The position numbers were made by a program, and so were the translations under genes. Under the pieces are notes generated by a model. It was given only the letters and a program-made list of their open reading frames with translations. It made no database searches and was not told the origin of the DNA. Below, one piece after another: positions 50,982 to 61,298 of a stretch of DNA of 64,000 nt; within the stretch, counting starts at the first letter, position 1, and each line of letters starts with the position of its first letter. This DNA comes from an uncultured Acidimicrobiales bacterium. Its GTDB lineage: Bacteria; Actinomycetota; Acidimicrobiia; Acidimicrobiales; SZUA-35. The stretch covers positions 3,227 to 67,226 of the forward strand of contig CAVZHQ010000001.1 of the NCBI GenBank assembly GCA_963775125.1. Direction: 5' to 3'.

Positions 50982-52532
50982 TTGTCCATGCAGAGCAGTC
51001 GGCCCGAGCTCCGGCCAGACATGCGGTCCAGCAATGCGGCCAACACTACGCTTGGAGCAGGAGCGTTTCCACAGACACTGCGTGGCAGTGGCCAGGTCAC
51101 CGATCTCCTGGCCGTCTTTCGGGGAGACGCCCCTGTCGACGGTGTCGCCGGTGGTCCAGCCGAGTTGCTCTGGTGGGCTGGTGACGTCGAGCAGGCGGTC
51201 GCGGTCAGCGGCGGAGCGATCGGGCTGCTCGATGAGGTGATCCCGTTGTTCGGGGCGGACGGGGAGTCCGGGTGGATGCTCATGCGCCGTCGTCCGGTGC
51301 TTCCCCATGGCGGTGCCCTCGTCGTCGAGGACGACGAGATCAATCGTGAGTTCTACGGCGTCGTGCTCGCCCAAATCGGGCTCGACGTGCATCTGGCCGC
51401 CTCTGCGGCCGAAGCGTTGGAGATCGCCCGATCGCATCCATTGTCCCTCGCCATCGTCGATGTGCGGCTGCCCGACGCCAATGGATTCGAGCTGTGCCGC
51501 AGCCTGGTTGCAGAACGATCGATGCAGGACTGCTCGATCCTGATCATGAGCGCTGATCCGCTCTCGGCTGACTACGAGCGCATCGAGGCGGTGGGCGCGG
51601 TGGGCTTCGTTCTCAACCCGGTCCATCCCGCTGAATTGGCCCGTCGAGTCGCCCAGGTGCTCGCTCACTCGGCCGGAGCACCCATCAGCGGCCATCCGAC
51701 CAGGAAACCGGTGCGGTCGACACAGCCGGCCTCCCGACTCTCGTTCTTCGGCCGGCCGACCATCTCGGTCAGGGGAGTCAGCACCCCGCTCCGGCCAGGC
51801 CAGTCCACGGTCCTGTTGGCGGCGCTCGCAACCGCGTGTCCCGCGCCCGTGAGTTCGGAACGCCTCGGTCGATTCGGGTGGCCGACCGAAGCCGACGTCT
51901 CTCCGAACGCGGTCTACACCGCAGTCAGTCGCCTGCGTCACTTCCTCTCCGAGGCAGGCGCACCGGACTTGCTGCAGTCCGACGGGTCGGGGTACGCGCT
52001 CAACATCGAGCCGTTGAACATCGACCTGGTTCGCTTCGAAGCGGAGGCCCGCTCGCTTCTCACGGTCGCCGAAAGCGGGTTGGAGGACGCGCTCGAGAAC
52101 ATTCAACAGGTCCTCGGGCTCTGGACCGGCGAGCCGTTCGTCGGCACCAGGAACGAAATGCTCACCCGATGGGGGAATCGGTTGGCCGAGTCGCGCTCGC
52201 GTCTGCTCGAGATGCAGTGCGTGATGTTGGTGCTGGTGGGAAACGCCCGAGCCGCGGCTGAGGTCTGTCGCGACCTTCTGCTACAGGAACCGTGGCGAGA
52301 GTTCATGTGGGCCACGCTCATCGTCGCGCTGTACCGGTCGGGACGAAGCCGGGACGCGTTGACCGCCTTCGGTCATGCACGCAAGCGCCTGCAGGACGAG
52401 CTGGGTCTCGATCCGGGTCCGTTGCTCACCGACCTGGAGATGATGATCCTCATCCACGACCCAGCGCTACGCGACGACGACTGGCTGCGCCGAATGGCGC
52501 TCGGCAGCCCGTTCACCGCCGGTGAGCTCTAG
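50982..52532 (+). CDS. Receiver + winged-helix + BTAD (SARP/AfsR-type) transcription regulator
   Basis: LVVEDD, IVDVRLPDANG; VSRLRHFL...GYAL; EPWRE...ALYRSGR...ELGLDPG. Confidence 0.9.
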   Translation: MSMQSSRPELRPDMRSSNAANTTLGAGAFPQTLRGSGQVTDLLAVFRGDAPVDGVAGGPAELLWWAGDVEQAVAVSGGAIGLLDEVIPLFGADGESGWMLMRRRPVLPHGGALVVEDDEINREFYGVVLAQIGLDVHLAASAAEALEIARSHPLSLAIVDVRLPDANGFELCRSLVAERSMQDCSILIMSADPLSADYERIEAVGAVGFVLNPVHPAELARRVAQVLAHSAGAPISGHPTRKPVRSTQPASRLSFFGRPTISVRGVSTPLRPGQSTVLLAALATACPAPVSSERLGRFGWPTEADVSPNAVYTAVSRLRHFLSEAGAPDLLQSDGSGYALNIEPLNIDLVRFEAEARSLLTVAESGLEDALENIQQVLGLWTGEPFVGTRNEMLTRWGNRLAESRSRLLEMQCVMLVLVGNARAAAEVCRDLLLQEPWREFMWATLIVALYRSGRSRDALTAFGHARKRLQDELGLDPGPLLTDLEMMILIHDPALRDDDWLRRMALGSPFTAGEL

Positions 52533-53122
52533 GGGGCCGCAAGCCTTGCGAGCCATCGTGCGTGGTCGTTCGGTGTCGCAGAGAACAACAGCCCCAGGTC
52601 AGGTCCGAGCATCGCTCGGTATCGGGCATCGGCTGCCAGACGCTTCGGGGGGCACAACGCCTCGGCATGAAACCTGACACGCCGCGCTGCCCTGAGCGTC
52701 TTGGCGTCAGGCCGGGATCCGCCCTTGGTCCACTGCTTGCGGGCCTTGCGGTAGCCGGACGCTGCGTTTGCCACGACGACGGCGAGATCGGTCGGCGCCC
52801 GCCACAGAGGGAGGTCGATCACCTGGCGGACGGCGAGTAGCGCCACCTTGGCCTGCGTGACCCAGCTGCGAACGGAGGGAGCGAGCGGAGGTGGTGCGCC
52901 GGGGCGAAGTCGGCTGCGGTGCTCGAGCACGGGAGTCAGCAGGGTCCAGGAGTGATGCAGGGTCCGACGAAGGTCACGAGAGGTCCGACGATCGAGGTGG
53001 GCGAGCAGCGACAGGAGCGCTTCCGCTTGTTCGATCGCCCTCCGGGCACCCTCGACGGCCGTTCGGGGATCCTCGTCGAGCATGCTGAGGTTGAGCAACG
53101 CGTGATCGAGGTGGTCGACCAA
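52529..53122 (-). CDS. Degenerate CHAD-like helical protein (start uncertain)
   Basis: AVEGARRAIEQAEALLSLL and YRKARK...RAARRVRFHAEAL resemble the two CHAD repeats without the His residues. Confidence 0.4.
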   Translation of the reverse strand: MVDHLDHALLNLSMLDEDPRTAVEGARRAIEQAEALLSLLAHLDRRTSRDLRRTLHHSWTLLTPVLEHRSRLRPGAPPPLAPSVRSWVTQAKVALLAVRQVIDLPLWRAPTDLAVVVANAASGYRKARKQWTKGGSRPDAKTLRAARRVRFHAEALCPPKRLAADARYRAMLGPDLGLLFSATPNDHARWLARLAAP

Positions 53123-53190
53123 TTGTCGCTGTAGGCCGGACCGGACCCGGTCACGGCCACCGAACTCCGAGGCGGTGGGTCGGCCGACGA

Positions 53191-53535
53191 TCAGCCGAGG
53201 TCAGCGCAGGTCGTGACGGCGTCTGCGATGTCCTGCTCGAACGCTTCGACCAGACCTTCGACGTCTGATTTGCCGTCACCGAGATCGTCGAAGACGTCGT
53301 CCATCGACGGAGGGTCCTCTTGGGGGCTGCCGTCGTCTTCGACATAGAACTCGGAGTAGTCAGCATTCTCCGTAATGTCATCGGCGACGCACTGGGCTTC
53401 TTCAGTAGTCAGATCGGCAATGTCGACCAGGGCGGCGGCGAGGGCATCGGGGTCCGAGTCGGGCTTGGAGGAACAGCCGACGAGAAGGAGCGAGGCCGCG
53501 ACGAGGCTGGCAGTCAGGCGAAATCGGCGAGTCAC
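53191..53535 (-). CDS. Acidic lipoprotein
   Basis: Basic N-terminus, hydrophobic stretch, lipobox LVGC; two further Cys. Confidence 0.75.
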   Translation of the reverse strand: MTRRFRLTASLVAASLLLVGCSSKPDSDPDALAAALVDIADLTTEEAQCVADDITENADYSEFYVEDDGSPQEDPPSMDDVFDDLGDGKSDVEGLVEAFEQDIADAVTTCADLG

Positions 53536-53562
53536 CCGGTCATGTTAGGGCCGCGACAAGGG

Positions 53563-54031
53563 TTACCGGCGACTGGAGATGACCCCGGTGTTGAACCCTG
53601 CGAGGTGGAGACCTCCCGCGAAGCGAGCGTGTTCGATCTTGACGCACCGGTTCATGACGACGTCGAGTCCTGCGGCGGCAGCCACCTCGGCCGCCTCATC
53701 GCTGACGATGCCGAGCTGCAGCCACAGTGTCTTGGCCCCGGCGGCCACGGCTTCTCGTGGCGATGTCCGGGCAGTCGTCCGGCCGTCGGAACACGTCGAC
53801 GATGTCGGGCACCTCGGGGAGATCCGCGAGCGAAGGGTAGACGGTGAGTCCGTTGATCTCGGTCTCCCGCGGATTCACCGGGTAGAGGCGGTAGTTGCAG
53901 ACCGACGACTTGAGGTAGGTGATGACGAAGTTCGAGGCCCGGGCCGGGTTGGAGGAAGCGCCGACGATGGCGATGGACCGGGTGTTGTCCAGGATGTGCT
54001 TGCGCTCGGCGGCGGAGGTTTCGTGGGTCAT
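53563..54031 (-). CDS. CoA-binding protein (frameshift near 53755)
   Basis: [42 protein letters not shown]. Confidence 0.92.
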
Positions 54032-55308
54032 GGCGCTCCCAATGCTTGGTCGAGGTCCCAAAGGATGTCCTCGAGATCTTCGAGGCCGACCGACAGGCGC
54101 ACCATGTCGGGTCCGACGCCCGCGGCGGTGAGTTGTTCGTCGGTGAGCTGCTGGTGTGTGGTCGATGCGGGGTGGATGACGAGCGTGCGGGCGTCGCCCA
54201 CGTTGGCGAGATGGCTCACCAGCACCAACCGTTCGATGAACGCTCGTCCTGCGTCGCGTCCGCCCTTCACGCCGAAGGTGAAGATGGCGCCCGGTCCCTT
54301 TGGCAGGTACTTCTGAGCGAGCTGGTGGTGGGGCGATGAGGGGAGCCCAGCGTACGCGACCCAGGAGATTCTCGGGTCGGCTTCGAGCCACTCGGCGACG
54401 GCCTGGGCGTTGGCCACGTGCGCGTCCATCCGCTGGGGGAGCGTCTCGAGCCCCTGAAGGAGAAGGAAGGCGTTGAAGGGTGACAAGGAGGCGCCGACGT
54501 CACGAAGCTGTTCGGCCCGAAGCGCCGTGCAGAACGCGTACTCGCCGAAGTTGTCGTACCACTGGAGCCCGTTGTAGGTGGGCACTGGCTCGGTGAATCG
54601 CGGGAAACGGCCGGAGGACCAGTCGAAACGGCCGGCCTCGCTGACCACGCCGCCGATGCTGGTGCCATGCCCGCCGATGAACTTCGTTGCGCTGTGGAGC
54701 ACGATGTCGGCGCCGAACTCCATGGGCCGGCAGAGGTACGGCGTTGAGAAGGTGGCGTCGATGACCAGGGGAAGATCGTGCGCACGGGCCACGTCGGCGA
54801 GACCCTCGACGTCGGCGACCGCTCCACCGGGATTCCCGATGATCTCGGTGTAGAGGGCCTTGGTCTCGGGTCGGATGGCGGCGGCGAACGCATCGACATC
54901 GGTGTTGGGCACGAACGTGGTGGCCACTCCGAGTCGCTTGAGGGTGGTGGCGAGCAGGGTGTACGTGCCTCCGTAGATGCCAGAGGCTGCGACGAAGTGG
55001 TCGCCGGCTCCGCCCAACGTGGTCAGGGCGAGAAACTCGGCCGCCTGGCCGCTCGCCGTGGCGACGGCTCCGATCCCGCCTTCGAGGCTGGCCATGCGCT
55101 CCTCGAACGCCGCCGTCGTCGGGTTGGACAACCGAGTGTAGATCGTGCCGTATTTCTGGAGCGCGAAGAGGTCGGCCGCGTCCTGGGTGTCCTCGAACAC
55201 GAAGCTGGTCGACTGATAGATCGGCACGGCCCGGGCGCCCGTGGTGGGGTCTGGTTGCCCGCCCGCGTGCAAGGCGCGAGTTCGAAATCCCCATGGGCGA
55301 TCGGTCAT
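54028..55308 (-). CDS. metY: O-acetylhomoserine sulfhydrylase
   Basis: PIYQSTSF, IYTRLSNPT, HSATKFIGGHG, HLANVGD, IHPASTTHQQL. Confidence 0.95.
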   Translation of the reverse strand: MTDRPWGFRTRALHAGGQPDPTTGARAVPIYQSTSFVFEDTQDAADLFALQKYGTIYTRLSNPTTAAFEERMASLEGGIGAVATASGQAAEFLALTTLGGAGDHFVAASGIYGGTYTLLATTLKRLGVATTFVPNTDVDAFAAAIRPETKALYTEIIGNPGGAVADVEGLADVARAHDLPLVIDATFSTPYLCRPMEFGADIVLHSATKFIGGHGTSIGGVVSEAGRFDWSSGRFPRFTEPVPTYNGLQWYDNFGEYAFCTALRAEQLRDVGASLSPFNAFLLLQGLETLPQRMDAHVANAQAVAEWLEADPRISWVAYAGLPSSPHHQLAQKYLPKGPGAIFTFGVKGGRDAGRAFIERLVLVSHLANVGDARTLVIHPASTTHQQLTDEQLTAAGVGPDMVRLSVGLEDLEDILWDLDQALGAP

Positions 55309-55363
55309 TGCCCCATCCTGCCATCGGCCGGCCGGTCCACCAAGCCGAGTCCGGCCCGGAAGT

Positions 55364-55747
55364 TCACCCGAGGGCGACGACGGCCAAAGCCACGCTCAGC
55401 AGGATTGCGTTGCGATACAGGCTTCGCCGGTCGACGGGGCGATCACCACTCGAGCCGAAGCAGGAGCAGGCGGTAGGGACGCCGCGCCGAACGAGGTCGG
55501 CGAGGAACACGGTGAAGCCCGCAAGCAGGGCGAACGCGACCATCGCTCCCCAGGCCGGTCGAAGCACCAGAGCCGCCGCCGTCACCAGTTCGAGACCGGG
55601 CACGGCCAACGCGAGCATCCCCGGCCACGGGAGGTGCAGCGCCGCGAAGCCCTCTGCCGTGCGTCGCGGCGACCGCAATTTGGTCGACGCCGCCCAGACG
55701 AACACCAGCGCGAGACCGACCGCGAGGAGGGGGGCGACGATGTTCAT
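55364..55747 (-). CDS. MauE/DoxX-family membrane protein
   Basis: Hydrophobic; CSCFG and RN motifs. Confidence 0.85.
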   Translation of the reverse strand: MNIVAPLLAVGLALVFVWAASTKLRSPRRTAEGFAALHLPWPGMLALAVPGLELVTAAALVLRPAWGAMVAFALLAGFTVFLADLVRRGVPTACSCFGSSGDRPVDRRSLYRNAILLSVALAVVALG

Positions 55748-55896
55748 GACGATTGCGTGTCTCCTGGCCCGTCCACGTTCCTGCATGTCGCGGTCGACGC
55801 TCTCCGTGGTCTATCGTCGATCGCATTCATTCGGGCATGCATTTCGGCAAGAGCGTTGGTGAGAAAGCGGTGGACAGCTTGAGGCGGGTCGGAGTC

Positions 55897-56856
55897 GTGC
55901 GGGACAGAATCGTGCGAGACAGGGTTTCGATCGGGTCGTCGACGCTCCGTCGTTCACTCCTCGCCGCCCTGACCCTCATGATCTCACTCTGCGTGAGCTC
56001 GCCGGTCTCGGCGGAATCTCCCGGGCACGACGCTCCTCCGCCGGCGCATCAGATGACCGTGGCGACGGTCAGCCCCGGAGTCCGTGACTCCATCGTGCGG
56101 CTCTACGGCGCAGTGTTCGACCGTGATCCCGATCAGCCCGGCCTGGACTACTGGGTCGACCGTTACCTGACGTGGACCCCCCTCGACCAGATCGCCCAGT
56201 CGTTCATGGGCTCGCCGGAATGGTTGGACACCTACGGGCCCGTCGATGATGCCCAGTTCGTCGTTCTGCTCTATCGCAACGTGCTCGACCGCGATCCCGA
56301 TGCGGCAGGGCAGGAGTATTGGACGGGACAACTCGCCGGGGGGCTGACCCGGTCGGCCATGCTCATCGGTTTCTCCGAGTCGGCCGAGAACGTGGTTCGT
56401 ACCGCCACCGCGGTCCCCGAGGCGCCCCCGCCGCCGCCACCTTCGCCCTTTCCTGCGTTGCCTGCGGGTTCGGGCGCCGGTCGGCGAATCGTGTACTCGG
56501 GGAGCCAACAGCGCGTCTGGTTGATCGAGTCGAACGAGATCGTCGTCGACAGCTACCTCGTCTCGGGCAAGGTCAACACCCCGAATCCCGGTACCTACGG
56601 CGTCTACTCGAAGTCGCCGATCGCCTGGGCCGGCCACGACGGCATCACGATGCGACACATGGTCCGATTCGCCCGAGGCGCTGCGCTCGCCATCGGCTTC
56701 CACTCCATCCCCCGCTTCGCCGACGGTCGTCCGTTGCAGAGCGAATCGGAGCTCGGCACGTACCGATCCAGCGGCTGCGTCCGCCAGGCCGACCCCAAGG
56801 CCGAGGCGCTCTACCACTGGGCGACCGTCGGCACGACCGTCGTCGTCACCCGGTAG
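55897..56856 (+). CDS. Secreted DUF4214-like + L,D-transpeptidase (YkuD) protein (start uncertain)
   Basis: Signal peptide; RLYGAVFDRDPDQPGLDYW and LYRNVLDRDPDAAGQEYW...FSESAE; Pro linker; IGFHSIP...SSGCVR. Confidence 0.85.
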   Translation: MRDRIVRDRVSIGSSTLRRSLLAALTLMISLCVSSPVSAESPGHDAPPPAHQMTVATVSPGVRDSIVRLYGAVFDRDPDQPGLDYWVDRYLTWTPLDQIAQSFMGSPEWLDTYGPVDDAQFVVLLYRNVLDRDPDAAGQEYWTGQLAGGLTRSAMLIGFSESAENVVRTATAVPEAPPPPPPSPFPALPAGSGAGRRIVYSGSQQRVWLIESNEIVVDSYLVSGKVNTPNPGTYGVYSKSPIAWAGHDGITMRHMVRFARGAALAIGFHSIPRFADGRPLQSESELGTYRSSGCVRQADPKAEALYHWATVGTTVVVTR

Positions 56857-56904
56857 CCCCACCGCCCCACCGTCCAAACCGACCCGTCCAAACCGACCCA
56901 GGTC

Positions 56905-57011
56905 AACCTCCGGCTCCACGCGTCACCCCCGCCGAACCTCCGGCTGGGTGCGTCGGTTTCCGACGTCTGGAGCCGGAGGTTCGGGGTGAGCGACGCTTCC
57001 AGCCGGAGGTT
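56905..57011. repeat. Nested double palindrome, AACCTCCGGC family
   Basis: Arms at 56905, 56935 and reverse complements at 56972, 57002; central CGTCGG-TTT-CCGACG hairpin. Confidence 0.9.
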
Positions 57012-57032
57012 GACGGTGGGATGACGGGTTGG

Positions 57033-58028
57033 TCAGCCTCTTCGGCGGGCGGCCATTCCGGCGAGACACTCGAGGAACAGTCGATTGGCGACGTTGATGG
57101 TGCAGTCGGCGTGGTCGTACGCGGGGGAGACCTCCACGATGTCCATGGCCACGATCTGGTGTTCCTGACCCAGTCGTCTGACCGCGCGGAGAAGATCGGC
57201 GGCAACCAGGCCGCCGGGCTCTGGCGTGCCGGTGCCGGGGGCGTAGGCAGGATCGAGCGCGTCGATGTCGATCGAGACATAGAGGTACTCGGGTCCGTCG
57301 AGGGCTTCGGCGATGGCATCGTCGAGCACCGGTTTGAAGCCGCGGTCCCAGATCTCGTCCATCAGGTGCCAGCGCATTCCCTGCTCGGCCATCCACTCCC
57401 ACACCTCGGGGCCGGGCCACATGCTCCTGAGGCCGACCTGTACGAAATTGGCTCCCGGGATCGCGCCCGACTCGATGAGGCGCCGCATCGGTGTTCCGTG
57501 GCTGGCAAGATTTCCGTCGATGGTGTCGGCGGTGTCGGCATGAGCGTCGAAGTGGACCATGCCGACCCTGCCATGGCCGTACACGTCGGCGACCGCGGTC
57601 GCCGACGGCCACGTGATGGTGTGGTCGCCGCCGATCACGAAGGGAACGATCCCGCGGCTCGCCACCTCGTGGACGCGTTCTTTGATGTTCGCAAGACTGG
57701 CGTCGACCTGGCCGTGGGGGCAGAACGCGTCGCCGTAGTCGATGACCTCGAGGTGATCGAAGATCTCGAGCCCAAGTCCGATGTGATAGCTGCCCGACTC
57801 GTAGGCGTCGACCCGCAGTGACCGAGGGCCGAATCGGGCGCCGGGCCGGTTGGTCGTTCCGAGATCGAATGGAGCGCCGATGACGGCAACGTCGGGCTTC
57901 CAGGAGTCGAGCTGCTCGACGTCGGTCAGGAGCGGACGTTGGGCAAAGGTGAGCACGCTGCCGAACGCGAACCCCTGATCGAGCTGCTTTCGGTAGCCCG
58001 GTGTGAGTGATCGCTGGGTGTCGTCCAT
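57033..58028 (-). CDS. speB: Agmatinase / ureohydrolase family
   Basis: RPGARFGP, GGDHT, HFDAHAD, SHGTP, SIDIDALDP, APGTGTPEPGG. Confidence 0.92.
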   Translation of the reverse strand: MDDTQRSLTPGYRKQLDQGFAFGSVLTFAQRPLLTDVEQLDSWKPDVAVIGAPFDLGTTNRPGARFGPRSLRVDAYESGSYHIGLGLEIFDHLEVIDYGDAFCPHGQVDASLANIKERVHEVASRGIVPFVIGGDHTITWPSATAVADVYGHGRVGMVHFDAHADTADTIDGNLASHGTPMRRLIESGAIPGANFVQVGLRSMWPGPEVWEWMAEQGMRWHLMDEIWDRGFKPVLDDAIAEALDGPEYLYVSIDIDALDPAYAPGTGTPEPGGLVAADLLRAVRRLGQEHQIVAMDIVEVSPAYDHADCTINVANRLFLECLAGMAARRRG

Positions 58029-58092
58029 CGGCAGACGGTAGTTTCTCGCGGCCGGTGGGGCCCGCATCGACCAAAGTGACTAACTTCGCCTG

Positions 58093-59386
58093 GTGGACGC
58101 ACGACAACTGGCCCAAGTCTGCAATGCCGATGGCGTCTTTCGCCTCGCAGCCCGATGCTGGACCGGCTCGCTGAGCCTCGACTTCGGACATGCGCCGGAG
58201 TCGAGTCTCGACGAGGGGCGACCTCGACTCGTGCTCTCCATCGTCGATGGTGTTGCGCGGTGTCGATGCCTCTGCCCTCGGCCAATCCGTTCGGGGGCAT
58301 GTTGCCATTGCCGCGACCGGCGACATCTGGACGGCGTTGCTCGCCGCCGTTCCACCGCCGCAGTGCAACGATTTGGGCTCGGCCCGCCACCTCGGACTGA
58401 AGGTCAGCGGTGATCAAGAGGCGTTCGCGCAGCACTTCGGCGCCATCAGCCGTGTGATCGAATTGCTTCGTCGAGACCGTCACGGGTTGCCGTCATCGTC
58501 CGGGCCGTATGCGCCCACCCACCTCGGTCCGGTCGACTCGCCGGTCGGCCGTTACCACCACGTCGAGCTCGGCGCCGATCGACTGGATCACCGGCTCTAC
58601 GTCGAGACCGCGGGGCAGGGCATACCGCTACTCTTGCAGCACACCGCAGGCGCACATGGCGCCCAGTGGCGGCACCTGTTCGAGGACCGGTGGATCACCG
58701 AGCACTTCCAGCTCGTGGCCTACGACCTTCCGTTCCACGGCAAGTCTCTGCCACCGCAGGGCAAGGACTGGTGGTCAGAGCCGTATCGCCTCACGACCGA
58801 GTTCCTGATGTCGATTCCCCTGGCGGTCGCCGACGCGCTCGGGCTCCATCGGCCGGTGTTCATGGGCTGCTCCATAGGCGGTCTCTTGGCGCTCGATCTC
58901 GCCCGGTTCCACCCCGACCGGTTCCGGGCCGTCATCGGCGTCGAACCCTCCCTGAAGGTCGAGGGGAACTACGACGCCATGACCCATCTCTGGCATCCCC
59001 GCATCGACTCGAGCTACAAGGCCGCGTTGATGGAGGGCCTGATGGCACCGCAGTCACCCGAGGCCCTCCGCAAGGAGACAGCCTTCGTCTACTCCCAAGG
59101 CTGGCCGGCTGCGTTTCTCGGCGATCTGTACTTCTACGTGGTCGATCACGACCTGCGGTCCGACGCCGACCAGATCGACTCGTCCAAGGTGGGCGTCCAC
59201 CTGCTGTCCGGTGAGTACGACTGGAGCGCGACGCCCGAAGCCGGTCGCCTGGCCCACGAAGCCATCGCCGGCTCGACCTGGGCGCTCATGGAAGGCGTCG
59301 GACACTTCCCCATGAGCGAAAACCCCGAGGTGTTCCTCGCCTATCTGAAACCAGTACTCCAGGACCTGCTCGCCGCTTCAGCGTGA
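58093..59386 (+). CDS. Alpha/beta hydrolase with N-terminal extension (frameshift near 58240)
   Basis: HTAG, YDLPFHGKS, GCSIGG, GHFPMSENP. Confidence 0.88.
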
Positions 59387-59492
59387 ACCTCCGGCCCCAG
59401 GCGTCACGCCCGCCGAACCTCCGGCCCCAAGCGTCGGAAACCGACGGCTGGAGCCGGAGGTTGGTGCGACTCGACGGCTGGAGCCGGAGGTT
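59386..59492. repeat. Nested double palindrome, AACCTCCGGC family
   Basis: Arms at 59386, 59416 and reverse complements at 59453, 59483; central CGTCGG-AAA-CCGACG hairpin. Confidence 0.9.
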
Positions 59493-59568
59493 CGTCGGGA
59501 GGATGGGTCGATTGACTCTCTGAGGTTCTTCTCAACCGACCCCCTCATTGCGTCCGATACATGCGAGC

Positions 59569-59817
59569 ATGGGTGCTGTGATCGAGAATCTGATCGAAGA
59601 GTTCAAGAGTGGCTTCAGCGGACAGCTGATTGATCGGGGTCGGGTCGTCGACCAACTCCTCGATCTGCGCCTTGCAGCTCAGGGGCAGCCGCACGTCACC
59701 GCGCTGGTCGACGAGGTCCTGTCGAACATCCCGGGCCGTACCGTCGTCGAGACTTCGTGGTGGGGCGAAACGCTCGACCGCCTGGCAACGGCGGCAACCC
59801 CGCAGCCGGTCGTGTAG
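59569..59817 (+). CDS. Small hypothetical helical protein
   Basis: Fills the intergenic gap with natural composition: RGRVVDQLLDLR...IPGRTVVETSWW. Confidence 0.7.
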   Translation: MGAVIENLIEEFKSGFSGQLIDRGRVVDQLLDLRLAAQGQPHVTALVDEVLSNIPGRTVVETSWWGETLDRLATAATPQPVV

Positions 59818-59847
59818 CAGCCGTCCTACGCCCCGGACCCGGCCTGG

Positions 59848-60525
59848 TCAGGAAAAGTTCTTCCGGCGCATCAGCCGGTCGGCCCCGGCATCGATGCCGG
59901 GCAATTGGGGTTGAATCGCCCGGTCGTGAGCGCTGTGATGCAGCGCGGCCAACGCCATGACGATCTCTTCGACCTCGTCCCAGTTGCGCGCCCGTGGCCC
60001 ATCGAGGTGGCGGTTGTAGGGCTGTTCGAACACGATCACGTCGTTGCCTGCGGCGCGGAGTGCTTCGATGTTGTGGGGGGCGTCGTCGATGTAGGCATCG
60101 GCCTCGACCTCGGGTTTCGCCCCGAGGAAACAGATGTCGCGGTAGGGAACCTGGGCGTTGTCGAGCCAGGTGACCGTGTCGCCGATGGCCGCGGCATGGC
60201 CCCAGTTGGTGTAGAGCCGGTGGGTGATGATGCGAATCCAGATCCCGGCATCGGAGAGTCGCCAGAGGGCGTCGGCGCAGCCCTCGAGCTGCGGAAGATC
60301 TCGAAGCAGGTGTCGCTCGGTGACGGCATAGCGGTGGAGTTCGTTGAACGCGGCGTCGTCGATGCCCCACTCCTGGAAACCCCAGGAACGTTCGAGAGTG
60401 AGCGTCTCGGGGTCGACGCCCTGATGCTCGGCGACGATTTCCCGGAAACCCCGGGTGTAGTCGGCGCACACTCCATCGAGGTCGACCCCGAAGACGAATG
60501 AACCAGGGACAGACGAACCAGACAC
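59848..60525 (-). CDS. 5'(3')-deoxyribonucleotidase (NT5C) HAD-family protein
   Basis: [14 protein letters not shown]...YIDDAPHN. Confidence 0.88.
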   Translation of the reverse strand: MSGSSVPGSFVFGVDLDGVCADYTRGFREIVAEHQGVDPETLTLERSWGFQEWGIDDAAFNELHRYAVTERHLLRDLPQLEGCADALWRLSDAGIWIRIITHRLYTNWGHAAAIGDTVTWLDNAQVPYRDICFLGAKPEVEADAYIDDAPHNIEALRAAGNDVIVFEQPYNRHLDGPRARNWDEVEEIVMALAALHHSAHDRAIQPQLPGIDAGADRLMRRKNFS

Positions 60526-60548
60526 AGGCGAGACGGTACAGTTCCGAG

Positions 60549-61298
60549 ATGGCAGGGACGATCATCATCACGGGTGCAGGTTCAGGAATCGGTCGAGCAA
60601 CTGCCGATCGGTTCCTTGCCGACGGGTGGTCGGTCGGGCTCGTAGGCAGGAGGGCCGACCGGCTCGAAGCCGTCGCGACGAGTGCCGGTTCCGGGCCAGG
60701 AACAGCCATGGTGTTGGCGGGCGACATTGCCGACGAGTCGTTCGTCCGGACCATGGTCGAGCAGTTCGTCGCCCGGTTCGGGCGGCTCGACGCGCTGTTC
60801 AACAATGCCGGCATCTTCACCAAGGCCGGAACCATCGACGAGATCTCTGTCGAGGACTGGAAGCGGTCGGTCGACACCAACCTGACGGGTGCCTTCCTGT
60901 GCGCGCGAGCTGCGTTCGCCGCCATGCGAGCTCAGGATCCGCAGGGTGGCCGAATCATCAACAACGGATCCATCTCGGCCCACGTGCCCCGTCCCGGTTC
61001 TGCGCCGTACACCTCGACCAAGCATGCGCTCACTGGACTGACGCGGACGATCTCGCTCGATGGTCGCCCGTTCAACATCGCGTGCGGTCAGATCGACATC
61101 GGCAACGCACTGACGGACATGGTTGCCGGCACTGCGGTCGGGGCCAAGCAGGCCGACGGCTCGGTCCGGCCCGAAGCCACGATGGACGTCGACCACGTTG
61201 CCAGGGCGGTGCTCCAGATGGCGTCGTTGCCGCTCGACGCAAACATTCAGTTCATGACCATCATGGCCACAGCGATGCCCTTCATCGGCCGAGGCTGA
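60549..61298 (+). CDS. SDR oxidoreductase
   Basis: [24 protein letters not shown]. Confidence 0.93.
   Translation: MAGTIIITGAGSGIGRATADRFLADGWSVGLVGRRADRLEAVATSAGSGPGTAMVLAGDIADESFVRTMVEQFVARFGRLDALFNNAGIFTKAGTIDEISVEDWKRSVDTNLTGAFLCARAAFAAMRAQDPQGGRIINNGSISAHVPRPGSAPYTSTKHALTGLTRTISLDGRPFNIACGQIDIGNALTDMVAGTAVGAKQADGSVRPEATMDVDHVARAVLQMASLPLDANIQFMTIMATAMPFIGRG

Noticed and set aside
59531-59560. Sigma-28/WhiG-like promoter (CTCAA...TCCGATAC) before the small ORF
   Set aside because: Spacing is longer than consensus and the -10 match is imperfect; too weak to call.
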